A stretch of DNA of 64,000 nt from Mobula hypostoma (GCF_963921235.1 NC_086108.1:43154001-43218000); one strand, 5' to 3'; positions 12,900 to 24,909 are shown, counted from the first letter of the stretch. Numbers and translations: made by a program. The notes: generated by a model from the sequence alone, not told the origin.

Positions 12900-14030
12900 T
12901 GTTCTCTGGGGTCGGCAGTTTGACCTTCAGCTTCCCCTGCCTGCTTCCGTAGACGACAGTAGGCTCGGAGGAGGCAGTGGTCAGAGAAGAAAACTGGCAC
13001 GACGCCGGTGAACCTGACCCAAAGAGGAAGTCGACCCTCAAGCGGGCTGAGCCGTCTGATCGTGACCAGGTGGGTTGCGATGTGCTCCACCGCAGAGATG
13101 CCAAAGCGTTACGATTTGAACCGTTTCCATCAGGAATCTGGAGGTGCTGCCGGAACTACGGGATCGTCCAGCCGCGTCGATGAGGCAGTTAAAGTCACCG
13201 GTCAGAATAACCGGCTGGGACGTCGCCAGCAGCGGGAGGGGCTTGAGGGGCTCACTCCGCAGGGTGAGGCGTACACTTTAATTAGACGGAGCGGAGCGGA
13301 CATTATTCTGCCTCGAGGAGACGCCCCCCAACAACCGCTGACATGGGTGATTGAGCTGTTGCTTCCCCGTCGCCGGATCCCCGAGCAAGAAGCGCGACAA
13401 TCATTGCCACCCCCACCCCGCGACCAAACAGACAAACCTAGGAGCCACCATCGCCACCACCTCCGGTAGCCCGCACTCCTGAGGGAAAATCACATCAGCC
13501 TTGACTTTGACCAGGTACCATAAGGCGATGACACGTTGCACCGTTCTCTTCACACTACACACGTTCAAATGTGCCCATTTTATATCCATGGTATTACGAT
13601 GAGCAATGTACTACACTTAACCGCGTGTTCTCGGTGGAGAATAGCCGCCGGCCCTTTCTCTTATTACCCGAACCCGACTGCATTCAAACCTGCCGCCTCC
13701 ATCTGCCGTTGGCATCCCGAGACGGCGGGCGGGGCGGAGCCGGGCGCCATCTGACCTTCGACCCCGGGCGCCTGCGCACTCACTCGTTGACCTGCTGCGT
13801 GTGGCGGAGCTGTTCGCTCTCACTGTACTTCGGCGTCGGCGGGTGGCTGCCTCTTCACAGAGCCCACCATGGGCGGCGTGGGGGCTGCAAATGGCATCGA
13901 TGCGCCTCTGCCAGGAAGATGCGGGTATTTCGTGGCAAAGAAAAAGAGATACTGCAAAATGATCGTGGCAGAAGGGAAGCTGCTGTGTGGGGAACATGCG
14001 AATACCGCTTCAGATAACAACGTATGACGA
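12900..14030. promoter_or_regulatory. CpG island and TRMT13 promoter, probably bidirectional
   Basis: Abrupt GC- and CpG-rich block in an AT-rich, CpG-poor window. Tandem GC boxes GGGCGGGGCGG at 13727-13737, a YY1-like GCGCCATCT at about 13744 and an NRF1-like TGCGCA at 13773, all just upstream of the ATG. Confidence 0.8.
13869..14021 (+). CDS. TRMT13: TRMT13 coding exon 1 (MGGVGAANGIDAPLPGRCGYFVAKKKRYCKMIVAEGKLLCGEHANTASDNN)
   Basis: Strong Kozak context gcccaccATGG; CCCH zinc finger; donor gtatga at 14022; phase 0. Confidence 0.92.
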
Positions 14031-14130
14031 TTCTTCAGTAAAGTATTTAGAAGAGTTTTTGCATTATCATCACAATATAACATCTTGGGTTAGAAAGTGT
14101 AGTCAGGACGTATAAAGTTGGCTATAAATT

Positions 14131-14232
14131 ACAAGCAACACACACAAAATGCTGGTGGAACGCAGAAGGCCGGGCAGCATCTATAGGAAAAAGTACAGTC
14201 AACGTTTCGGGTCGAGACCCTTCGTCAGGACC
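14131..14232 (-). mobile_element. Short PLE terminal fragment carrying a hammerhead motif (14197-14232)
   Basis: Matches the 8594-8723 terminus; minus strand GGUC-CUGACGA-A-GGGU-CUCG-ACCC-GAAA-CGUU-GACU. Confidence 0.85.
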
Positions 14233-14604
14233 TGGTCATGTTTTAGACTGGGGTGGACAGCTATGCTTTTTGTCAACAATTCTTAATATTTAGACTTTTT
14301 ACGGCCTCATTTTACATATTGATTCCAGTAATAAACACATGACTACGTGTGTACTTCAATTCAAACATAAAAGTGATATAATTAATTTGGTAGGGAAAGT
14401 GTACTCTTAAAACAGTAAAATGTGCAGGAAAGAAGCAATTCAACTGTAATTATTTGTATAAGTTTATATTCAGTGCTGTAATTTTTTAATAGTACCCTTG
14501 AGTATTAATTGTCTTTGATTCAGATGAAGGTTTTACATTACCTTTTCAAACAAATACAATTATGTTGATATGAAAAAAACTTTTCCTTTCGAGCTCTATA
14601 CTAA

Positions 14605-15250
14605 ATGGATATTGTGGAGGGTTATAGGTTGCATTGGGTTGAGAAGTGGCAGACAGAGTCACCCTGGAAAAGTGTGAAGTGATTAGTTTTGGAAGGTAAA
14701 ATGTGAAGGCAGAATACAAAGTATAATGGCAGGGTTCTTGTTGGTGTGGAGGAACAGAGGGATCTTAGGTCCACGTCCATTCCTCAAAGTTTCTGGATAA
14801 ATTAACAGGTTTGCTAGGAAGGCACGTGGTGTGTTGGCCTTCATTAGTTGGAGGATTGAGTTTAAGAGCCCTGAGGTATTGTTGCAACTTTATAAAACCC
14901 TGTTTAAACCACACTTAGAATATTATGTTCAGTTCTGGTTGTCTCATTATATGAAGGATCTAGAAGCTTTAGAAAGGGTACAGAGGAGATTTACCAGGAT
15001 GCTGCCTGGATTAGAGGGCATGTCTTAGTTTGAGCGAGCTAGGGCTTTTCTCTTTGGAACAAGGGAGGATGACGGGTGACTTGATAGAGGTTTACAAGAT
15101 GTTAAGAGGCATAGATAGCCAGAGAGACCTTTTCCAAGGATGGAAATGGCCAATATGGGGGGGGGGGGGGAGAGCACAATTTTAAGGTGATTGGAGGAAA
15201 GTGTGGGGGGGGGGAGATGTCATAGTTAAGTTCTTTATACAGAGGGTGCT
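14605..15250 (+). mobile_element. CR1 3' fragment in TRMT13 intron 1
   Basis: ORF 14831..15028 (LYKTLFKPHLEYYVQFW..ERVQRRFTRMLPGL). Confidence 0.85.
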
Positions 15251-15373
15251 GCTATCCCTGTGCCACTTCCTACATTATAAACGGCTTAATTTGATGCTTT
15301 AGAAAGATGAAAATTAAACAAGTTGGTTCATGAATAGCAGCCAGAATAGTGTTGATGCTTTATTTCCTTCTAG

Positions 15374-15420
15374 GATGAAAACCAACGGAAAAGAATTCCG
15401 TGTCCTCTGGACCCAAAACA
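15374..15420 (+). CDS. TRMT13: TRMT13 coding exon 2 (DENQRKRIPCPLDPKH)
   Basis: Acceptor ttccttctag, donor gtaagt; 47 nt; KRIPCPLDPKH motif. Confidence 0.95.
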
Positions 15421-15821
15421 GTAAGTGTGGTACATTTCCCCATTTTTGTATTTATGCAAATACACTGGACATTTTTGTAGCCTTATACTGGACAGCATTA
15501 TTTCAGATCTCGAAAGCAACTGCACAGTTCCCTCCTAGTCATGCACTCTCCTCAGATGTATCATTCCTCCCCAGGGTTCCCTGCATTGGTGTTTTTTTTT
15601 TACAGATGTATGGACCAACCATTGCTCTGAGCAGGTATTTTTACACAGCTGTGTAGCACTTTAGATGTTTTTTTGTAATAAGCACATCAAACAAATACAA
15701 ACCACATCTCACAACACAAGTAAAAATGTCAGACAGTAAAAAAAAACAAAAATAAAATGTCTTGACTAGACGGTGTTTGCATTCAGCAGGGCATCAATTT
15801 ATTAAGAGTGAGCTACTGACT

Positions 15822-16086
15822 GGCCGGCTGGTGGCGCAGTGGCATCAGCGCTGTACTTCGGAGCGAAGGCGCCTGAGTTCGAATCCAAGTCAGCGCTCCC
15901 CCCCCCCGACCATGCTTTCCATCCGTGCGGGGTTGAGTGTCGAGCTAGCCACTCGGCCTCGTAAAAAAACAAGGGTTGAGTCAGAACCATTCATATCGTG
16001 ACCCGGTTAATCTGAAAGGAGACCAATCCTAACACTATGCGCCAAACAAGAATGGCTGACTGTCTAGTGCAACACACTAGGAGGAG
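15822..16086 (+). mobile_element. tRNA-derived SINE, full length, 12-bp TSD
   Basis: Pol III A box TGGCGCAGTGG and B box GAGTTCGAATCC; (GAG)n tail; GAGCTACTGACT at 15810-15821 and 16087-16098; CpGs retained. Confidence 0.9.
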
Positions 16087-16732
16087 GAGCTACTGACTTT
16101 CATCCTGTGTTTATTGTTATAACTTGTAACAATGTTACAACTTGAAATACGGACAATATAAATACGTGGAAGTTCTGAAATGTTTCAAAGTAAAGGTTGT
16201 GGTATGTTTATTATTTTGAAAATTTATGGATTGTATTCATTAACACAATTACAGGGTATTTCACAATTATATTAACATAGATTTTAAAATTATATCAATA
16301 CTATATAAAGAAAATTCCAGCTGCGAGGCAACAAAGACTATGTGCACAGGAGCATTTCAACTTAGACAGAACAGTGCTCTTCTCTGTATCTTAAATCCCT
16401 AATTTCCCTATCCTATAATGCTGTTGGACTACCTTACCAAGGACTGCAGCAGTTCAAGAAAGCATGTTGCCACTACCTCCAAAGGCATATAAACACTGGC
16501 CTTGCTAATGATGTTCAGCTGTTGATAAACAAGAATAAAAAGACTTTTGCATCAGCTTCATGATCAAATTAATGTGTTATATTGTTACATTTTTATCTAC
16601 AATGACTACTCCAGAGTCTTTTGGAGATGACCACAAATGCATCCATTGGTACTGTTTTAGAATAAAGGATTTACTGGCCTTAAGTCCCTTTAATTTCCCA
16701 AGTGCCTTCTCCTAATAATTGTTAAATTCCTT

Positions 16733-17262
16733 CAACACACATAAAAAATGCTGGTGGAATGCAGCAGGCCAGGCAGCATCTATAGGAAGAGGTACAGTCA
16801 ACGTTTCGGGCCGAGATTCTTCGTCAGGACTAACTGAAAGAAGAGATAGTAAGAGATTTGAGAGGGGGAGGGGGAGATACGAAATGATAGGAGAAGACAG
16901 GAGGGGGAGGGATGGAGCTAAGAGCTGGAAAGTTGATTGGTAAAAGGGATACGAGGCTGGAGAAGGGAGAGGATCATGGGATGGGAGGCTTAGGGAGAAA
17001 GAAAGGGGGTGGGAAGCCCAGAGGATGGGCAAGGAGTATAGTGAGAGGGACAGAGGGAGAAAAAAAAGGAGAATAAAAATAATGAATAAATAAGGGATGG
17101 GGTACGAAGAGGAGATGGGGCATTACGGGAGTTAGAGAAGTCAGTGTTCATGCCATCAGGTTGGAGGCTACCCAGATGGAATATAAGGTGTTGTTCCTCC
17201 AACCTGAGTGTGGCTTCATCTGGGCAATAGAGGAGGCCGTGGATAAACATATCAGAATGGGA
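16733..17262 (-). mobile_element. PLE 3' fragment (end of GIY-YIG plus terminus; hammerhead at 16796-16831)
   Basis: ORF 16990..17250 (IHGLLYC..RLEEQHLIFHLGSLQPDGMN); terminus matches other copies. Confidence 0.9.
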
Positions 17263-18356
17263 GTACTTTTGACACTTAATTCTGTATTTCGAGAAATCAG
17301 AAATATAAGTGTTCCTTCAATTGCTCAGTCATTTCCTGCTTTCCCCATTACAAATTCTCTTGTCATTGTTTTTATGAGTTCCACATTCTTACCTGGCCTT
17401 TTACATTGTTGTAAAGCTCAGGTTTTAAAAAAGATTATTTCTAGTTTACTTTAATATTCTGTATTCTCTATCAATTGTTAAGAATACACATCATAGTCTA
17501 TTCCTTAGCCTTATTAGTCATAACTGATTTCTTCCATTGATCATATTTCTCTAAGTATAGTAATTAGGGATTGTCATTTCTTTAAATTTTTGCTATTGTT
17601 TACCATTTGATTGAATTTGTCACTTTCCTCAGTAAACATTCTTCAAATCTATTTTTTACCAAGTGGCAAGTAACATTTGCACTGTACAAGTCCTAGAAAT
17701 GACCGTGTCTAACAGAAATATTCATTAGAGATATCGGCATCAGATCCCCCATCCGGAACCCTGAACAAAATCCAAAAAGAACCAGCCACACAAATACTGT
17801 ATCAACAAGAGCAGGCCTGAAACTAGATATCTGGATGTGAATAAACACTTCAATCATTCAGGCCATGTGGAAATGACAGACAGGAAAAGACCAGCTGATC
17901 AGTCAAGTCTGCCCCACTTATACAACCTTGTATAAGAAATACAATTTTTTTTTTATCCTTGCCAGTTTTACATTACTGTCTGTGTCCAGATGGATATCTT
18001 ACTGTGAAAGCAGTTTGTCCTCCTCACTGCATTTCCTATTACTTCCCTAGGAATGGGATTCATAATTTTTATGATGAATTCTTCTTATAGTTCTAAGGGA
18101 ACCATTATCTACATATTAGACTTCAAATCCATATAATATTTTGATGCTACAGTAGTCTTATGTGCTAGTGTATTTGGTGAAGGGAATTTCCATACGTTTG
18201 GTGGAGAGAAGAGAAAGAAGAATCTTGGACATTTCGTTGTTTATTTGTTTAATACATGTAAAGTTCAAAGCAAAAGATTCAAGATGGGTTTTGCTGCTTG
18301 CCCACAGTGTTCAAGGACAACAACCACGTTAACCATTTTAGAAATTATACAGAAAT

Positions 18357-18860
18357 GTAAGAGCTGGGAAGTCGATTGGTGAAAGAGAAAAAGGGCTGGA
18401 AAAGAGCACCAGAGAGAGGTGATGGGCAGATAAATAGATGAGGTGAGAGTGGGAAATGGGAATAGTGAAGGAGAAGGGAGGGGTGATCACAATTACTAGA
18501 AGTTCAAGAAATTTATGTTTATGCCATCAGTTTGGAGATTACCCAGATGGAATACAAAGTGTTGCTCCTCCAACCCAAGTGTGGCCTTATTGTGGCAGTA
18601 GAGGAGGAGGCCATGCCCCCCCCCAGCCCTTTATCTCTTTCACCAATTGACTTCCCAGCTCTTTACTTCACCGCTGACCCCTCTTCTGGTTTCACCTATC
18701 ACCTTCTACCTTCCTCTCCTTCCCTCCACCTTTTTACTCTAACTTCTTATCTCAGTTTTCCAGCCTTGATGAAGAGTCTCAGCCAGAAACCTTTACTGTT
18801 TACTCTTCTCCATAGATGCTGCCTGGCCTGCTGAGTTCCTCCAGCATTTTGTGTGTATTA
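18357..18860. mobile_element. Older PLE fragment with internal inversion (minus piece ~18357-18612, plus piece ~18615-18860)
   Basis: GIY-YIG tail on -, then terminus on + with a decayed hammerhead core (TTGATGA...GAAAC); 39-bp inverted repeat at 18361-18399 and 18623-18661. Confidence 0.75.
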
Positions 18861-19073
18861 AAATATTTTTATTTTAATACACGCAAATACACTGAAAGGT
18901 TCATTTTACTTGTAGGCCAAGTCAAATCCCATGCCTGTAGTAGTCTTCTTCTGTTACCTTTCAGTCATTGTCTTTTCAAAAATTAGCAAGATGAGAAAGA
19001 TAAATATTGATCTGTTTGTAATTGAAGTTAGATTCTTAATAATCTAATGTCAAACTACAACATTTTTTTCTAG

Positions 19074-19140
19074 TACAGTTGATAAAGATAAATTAGAAAA
19101 GCATCTGAAAAAATGTAATTCAAGGGAAAAACCAAAACCT
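19074..19140 (+). CDS. TRMT13: TRMT13 coding exon 3 (TVDKDKLEKHLKKCNSREKPKP)
   Basis: Acceptor tttttttctag, donor gtaagt; 67 nt; completes the CHHC finger. Confidence 0.95.
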
Positions 19141-19524
19141 GTAAGTTGTTATTTTTCTTCTTTTCTGCATGAAATACTATTACAGTTTATTTTCAAAAAC
19201 TGTATAAAATTTGCAATATTCATTTAAGCATTAATATTTTTAAATAGTTGTGACGTAAAGTGTTCACTTGTTAGTTTTATTGTGTCACTAAAAAATCAGA
19301 GTATTGCCACACTGAAACTACGCACTTACATCAGGCTCTATAGTCTTTAAATTAGTAGGTTACAACTGAAGTATGTTGGAAAATATACACAAATTAACTA
19401 AATGTTTGATTATTAAAACCAAAATCTTGTGGAAATGCAAATGTTAGTTCCAGAGAATGAATTGTACTTCCATTTCTCCAGATCAATCATGAAGAAATTT
19501 TGAGTGGCTAAAATTGTTCTGTCA

Positions 19525-21265
19525 GTCAAGGAAGATAATGAGGAATCTGCAGACTATTGAGTCTCATATCAGTATAGGGAAGCGATTCAGATCGATTCTT
19601 AGGGATAGGATTTATGAGTATTTAGAAAACCATGATCTAATTGGGGACAGACAGCTGGTCAAGTTATGTCTTACTAATTTGTTTGAGTTTTTTAAGGAAG
19701 TGATTCTCTGTGGATTTTAGCAAGGTGTTTGACAGGTCCATCATGGTAGGCTCATCCAGAAGATTAAGATGCATGGGTGTAATGTTGAATCGGGTTCCTG
19801 GGTCTGGAAAGTGAGATGGGAAATACACTGACTTCGAATAGGTATATTTGCCATTTATTTACAAACAGTAAAAATTTGACCAAACATTCATGTTCCCCAA
19901 GTTATAGACACTACAAAGCTGAATATTCAACAAACATACTTAGCTAAAAGCGTGCACAGAGTATACCTTCCCATTGGTCATGTGCATCGCTTGCCTTAAA
20001 CAGAAGGAGTGAGACATAACCTCCCACATATGCTTTCTATATACCCAAGTTATTTGAAACTGGACACCAGGCAGCTATCCAATGGGAAAAGCAGCTGCAG
20101 TTTCTAAACTAACCAATCATGACAAGTGACTTTTGACAATCAGAATAAGGCATGGCCTCCACAGGACACTGGGAAACATGGTAACTTGGCCACTTAGATT
20201 CGGAATTGACTTGGCATAAAAGACAGGGTAGTAGTTGATGGGACTATTCTGGGTAGGTGTCTGTGACCAGTGGCATTCTGCAGGGATCTGTACTGGGACC
20301 TCTGCTATTTATGACCTGATTGAAAATGTGGATGGTTGGGTTAGTAAGTTTGCAGATGATGCAAAGATTGGTGGTGGTGTGGATAGCGTAAAAGATTGCC
20401 AAAGAATATAGCAGGATATAGGCCAATTGGACATGTGACAGAGAAATGGCAGATGGAGTTTAAGCTAAGTGTTAGGTGTTGCTCTTTGGGAGATCAAATA
20501 TAAAGTGACGGTACACTATTAACGGTGAGACCCTTAACATTGTTGGGGTACAGAGCGATCCTGGGTCCAGGTCCATAGCCCCCTGAAATTGGCTGCACAG
20601 GTTGATGGGGGATTAAAAAAAAGGTCTATGGCATGCTTGCCTTTATTTGTTGAGATATTGAGTTCAGGAATCAGGAAGTTGCGTTGCAGCTTTATAAAAC
20701 TCTAGTTAGGGCCACATCTGGAATATTGCATTCTTTTCTGCCCTATCTTAGGATGGACGCGGAACCTTTGGAGTAGGTACAGAAGACGTTTACCAGGTTG
20801 CTGTATGGATTAGTAAACCTGTGCTATAAAGAGAGATTAGGCAAATTTGGGTTGTTTTTTCTGGAACAGCAGGGACTGAGAGAGACCTGAAAGAAGTTTA
20901 TAAGATTGAGAGGCATAAATAGACAGCTGGTATCTTTATCCCAGGGTCAAAGTGCCTAATACTAGAGGACATACATTTAAGGTGAAAGGGCACAAGTTCA
21001 AAGGAAATCGGTAGAGCAAAAGTTTTTTTTTTACACAGAGTCTTGGGTGTCTGGAATGATCTGCCAGGGGTGGTGGTGGCAAATATGGCAGGGGTGTTTA
21101 AGAGGGTTTTAGACAGGCACATTGATGTGTAGAGAATGGAGGAATATGGACGTTGTTGGCAAAATGGATTAGTTTAGTTAGGCATTTAACTCATTTAATA
21201 AGTTCAGCGGACCATCATGAGCTACAGTGCCTGTTCCTGTGCAGTACTGTTCAACGTTTTTATGT
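19525..21265 (+). mobile_element. Degenerate CR1 LINE (RT to tail) in TRMT13 intron 3, interrupted by a solo LTR
   Basis: ILRDRIYEYLENH..CLTNLFEFF, KFADD region near 20345, CR1 tail near 21250. Confidence 0.85.
19778..20168 (-). mobile_element. Solo LTR, about 391 bp
   Basis: TGT...ACA termini; flanks ATGGG and CTGGG (5-bp TSD, one mismatch); CR1 sequence resumes after it. On - it shows CCAAT/ATTGG boxes, then TATATA (~20040), then AATAAA (19854-19859). Confidence 0.7.
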
Positions 21266-21562
21266 TAAAAATTGAACATGGATCAGTTTAATGTTCTATT
21301 TTCATTTTTAAGTAGATTCTCATTAGTGTGGATCATGACATGAAAATGTTTGTTACAATGGTGAGCTACAAAGTATTTTGCAAATAGATAATAGGTAGGT
21401 AGTGAAGGGTTGTAGCAAATTGGAGTTCAGGTACAGATCAACTTTGATTCAATGGATGACCATTTTTAATTTCTTGTCAGAAAAGGTTCTTGATGTTTCT
21501 AATTATATGCATGATCAATAAGCTTGAAAGAAACAAATAATTTCTGTATTTTCTCATTTCAG

Positions 21563-21622
21563 ATTTATTATAGTAAAGGTATCAATGGGGGCTATGAGGA
21601 TTCAGTAGAGGAGACCAAACAG
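21563..21622 (+). CDS. TRMT13: TRMT13 coding exon 4 (IYYSKGINGGYEDSVEETKQ)
   Basis: Acceptor ttctcatttcag, donor gtatag; 60 nt; in frame. Confidence 0.9.
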
Positions 21623-21723
21623 GTATAGCTTTCTGTTCTGTGAAAATCAATAAAATATTGCCTATATGATAAAATTAGTTTTTCAGCAAAGCGACTTATT
21701 CTATTTCTCAATATTATTTCAAG

Positions 21724-21793
21724 GTTTCTATTTGTGCTTTGTCCAAAGGAGAATTGGAGAAAATGATCAGAAAGTTGCTAAAAGTAACCAACA
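21724..21793 (+). CDS. TRMT13: TRMT13 coding exon 5 (VSICALSKGELEKMIRKLLKVTN)
   Basis: Acceptor ttatttcaag, donor gtaagt; 70 nt; follows a 101-nt intron. Confidence 0.9.
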
Positions 21794-24700
21794 GTAAGTA
21801 AGACATAGAACAAAAGAAAAAATTATCTAACTCTCATAGGGGTGATGAGAAAAGTTAAATGCAAGACAAAAGTAGATTAACAGAATTTTCACAATACTGA
21901 TGTACCTTTTGTTTAAAATACTATTTGAAGCCTTTGTGAACATTGTCCTTTCATGTAATGGGATACGGTATTGGAGTGTGTTTTGGTATTTGAACAATCA
22001 ATGGGTTATTGGTTGTAATGAAATATAATAAAACTCTTAATCTGTACATTGAACTTATTGTGCTCTGGGCACAACATCGAGTTTTTAGAAAAAGTAACTG
22101 TGCCAATAAACTAAAATTGCATCAGTCTATTTTCATAATTATATGCTTAAAGAATCCTAAAAAGGTGTATAAATCTGGTCAATATTGTATGTAAATTAAT
22201 TTATTCACCTGTACCAGATTCCTAGCATATGATGATAAGACCACAGTAAATACAATAAAGTAAATTTATCAATCCTACTTTCCGAGTTGTGAGGTATAAA
22301 GAGTGTTACAATACCGTGATGAAAATTTTGGTAAAAGTGAAGTCAGTGTCATTCAAGGTGAACCTAGTCCAATAATTTTTCATACCTCACACAAAGAAAG
22401 ACACAATTGTTTAATCATAGAAGTAGTATATAAACGTCACTGATTTTTTTTTAGCCCATAAAAAAAAGTTTCCTCACTATTGATTCCATTGTTCTCTCTG
22501 ATTGTATGATAAATTAAACTGTACCTGTTTCATAGCCCTGTTCAAGGACTATTCTTTATATTACATCATATACCACAACATTACCCATTAACATCCCTGC
22601 CTCATTCTACGTACTGCTGAAAGTCTCAACCATGCTTTTATTATTGTTGGTCTCTAATTTTCTACTTCTCATAAATTTCTTTTTTCTAAATAGTATGAAG
22701 TCCCACACTGCCATTACTTCATTAAATCCACGAAATGTGTTGCTTCTCTCGTGTGTTTTTAGATCATGCCTACATAAACAAATTGGAGCAAAATCTGACA
22801 TTTGTACTTGCAGGCAGATTTACTGTGTTGATGGAAATGACATTGAAAATGTCCCAATTTTATGGTATTAGTGTAATCCATAGTCAGAGACCAATGGCAA
22901 ATTTCAGATCTACAAAACCAAGTCTGAAACATACTGAATAGCTTAATCAATTGCACGATAAAATGTAATGACTCCCAGTTTCTAATGCATTAAGTTTAAA
23001 ATTTTTATTGTGTTCTAATTCTTACAGGGTCTGGAATATTTATGTAGGGTTCTCTAGCACACAACTCCTGTTGCTCTATCTTCCTCCAGCTGTGGCTGTC
23101 TTGCACCAAAACTGCTCTGTGCCTTCAACTATACAAGCCAATAACTCTGAAATTTTCTTCTTCATTTCCCCCCTACTCCTTCAACAAGACTCTATTTAAT
23201 AGGTCCCACTTACTGAGCTTTTAATCATCCTACCTACATCTCCTTTAATATCAGTTTCTTTTATTACACTTCTTTTTAAAAAGTGGAAGGAAAAATGTGG
23301 TTGATTTTCAACTCCTCTTTGAAATGGCCCAGCAAGCCACTCAGCATTATCATATGCTCTACATTTAAGCAAAAAATAAAATTGGATGGCACTGGATTCA
23401 GCAAAGCAAAGTTACTTTCAACCCAGTTGAATTTTCCTCATGAACATCTAGGCACTGGTGTGTAAATTGTGAGAACTGTCCTACAGATTAATCACACAGC
23501 AATCTACTACTGTCATACTCAAAAGAATCATACTTTACCGATAATAAGGCTGACTTTCCCAACAGTCCACAACAGGATAGTTCAGCTGGAGGTGATGTTA
23601 TGATGACTTATGAAGACTTTAAGCCCTATCCTATATCTAAACGTTTGTAAATAGCCGTGAGTACTCCCATGAAAGGGAGTTGTACTGTAACCATCCGATC
23701 TCCAAAGACTAGTTCATTTCCCTGTTTGTTCTCCGTGGTGAGTTTAATTGCCAACTATTTGAATGGTGGACCCCCCACCCCAAACCAAGGAGAAGATGCT
23801 TCCTGCTAACAAAATAGTTTAAAATGCAGTTTATTTATTTTCAGTGATACACATTTAAATCCCAAAAAATTCTTAAAACACATTTAAGACAGAGGATTTT
23901 TATCTTATAAAAGACTTACAAATTACAAACCATTTCTAAAACTCAAAAGATTTCCAAACCTCAAGTACAGTTCCTACAAGCTATGATTCAGATGAACTAG
24001 TCGACCATTGCAGAAATTGAAGGTAGAAGAATAAACACTAGTTCATCCCGTGCTTCTTCTATGCTTCTTGATATTCCTTACCCCATTTCTAACAAACCTG
24101 AACTGCTGTGTACATTTATACTAATTCTTTGCATCTTTGGTGACTTGACATGCAGTTTTCTTTCAGGTACCTTTTAACACAATGATGTAAAAGCATGGAT
24201 ACACACATCCCAGTTACCCACAACTAATGCTGTGAAGCTAACTTTCCTGAGATCATAAACCTACCAACTTATTAATACATCAGTTAATTATGCGCTTAGT
24301 GATTGTCTCCATCTGGTCTACAAGCTTCCTTGAAATAAGCAGCTTTCCCAGCATTGTATGTTTTGAAACAACCAAGTTAAATAATCCAGGGTCTTATATT
24401 GCACCTCTTCTGCAATAAGACAGATGCTGTGAACCAACATCCTGCTTGCTACAGGCAGTACATCTATTTGCAATTTGCATGCTGAGTTTTTTTTTCAATT
24501 TTAAGTTGATATTGCTTCCATTTACATTTTAAAAACTGAAGACTGGTGCCAGTTTATGGCCAGAAGCTAAACAATCAATATTAGTTGGAAGTTTTAACAC
24601 AACTGTTTGATCTTTACAAGTAGCAGCTGAATGTACCTCTGCATAGAGGAAATTCATTCTAGGAGTAAGCAGAGGAAATCTGGCCCAGCTGGATTACAGT

Positions 24701-24909
24701 AATGCAGTTAGAGGAAGTTGTTCTAAATTATTAAAGGCTCCATCAAGGCATAGTGTACTTTGGTCTGTTCATGGAAAATGCAATTGTGATTTTCATTAGG
24801 GTTCTTTGCATGTTGTGAAAGCTTGACAATAAGATGGGCACATTTTTTAAATTTAAGTAAAACTATTTGTAATTCATATTTTTATAATGTTTTTCTTAAT
24901 TATCTTTAG

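Larger units (their letters stand above)
7082..13590 (-). mobile_element. Decayed L1/Tx1-clade LINE ORF2, interrupted by a PLE and a CR1 fragment
   Basis: In order on -: APE motifs HLNVCS..DVIFPQEC (13589-13460), VYA, GDFN, RVDFLF and SDH (~12975); then KTPGSD (~12010), LLNVDY..RKIFDNLMLFRD, YMDN (~11380), GGKNVSKV split by the PLE, and the zf-RVT-like HLFADC..AKRLW (~7600). Confidence 0.8.

Noticed and set aside
13571..14083. ORFs 13571..14017(+), 13617..13997(-) and 13820..14083(-) over the promoter
   Set aside because: These are shadow frames of a GC-rich island and TRMT13 exon 1. The real frame starts at ATG 13869 and no other motif is recognisable.
15822..15895. tRNA gene
   Set aside because: A and B boxes are present but no complete cloverleaf is evident; the body, tail and TSD show a SINE head.
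23646..24618. Second possible solo LTR (TGTAAA...TTTACA, minus-strand AATAAA near 23830)
   Set aside because: No target-site duplication and boundaries are ambiguous.
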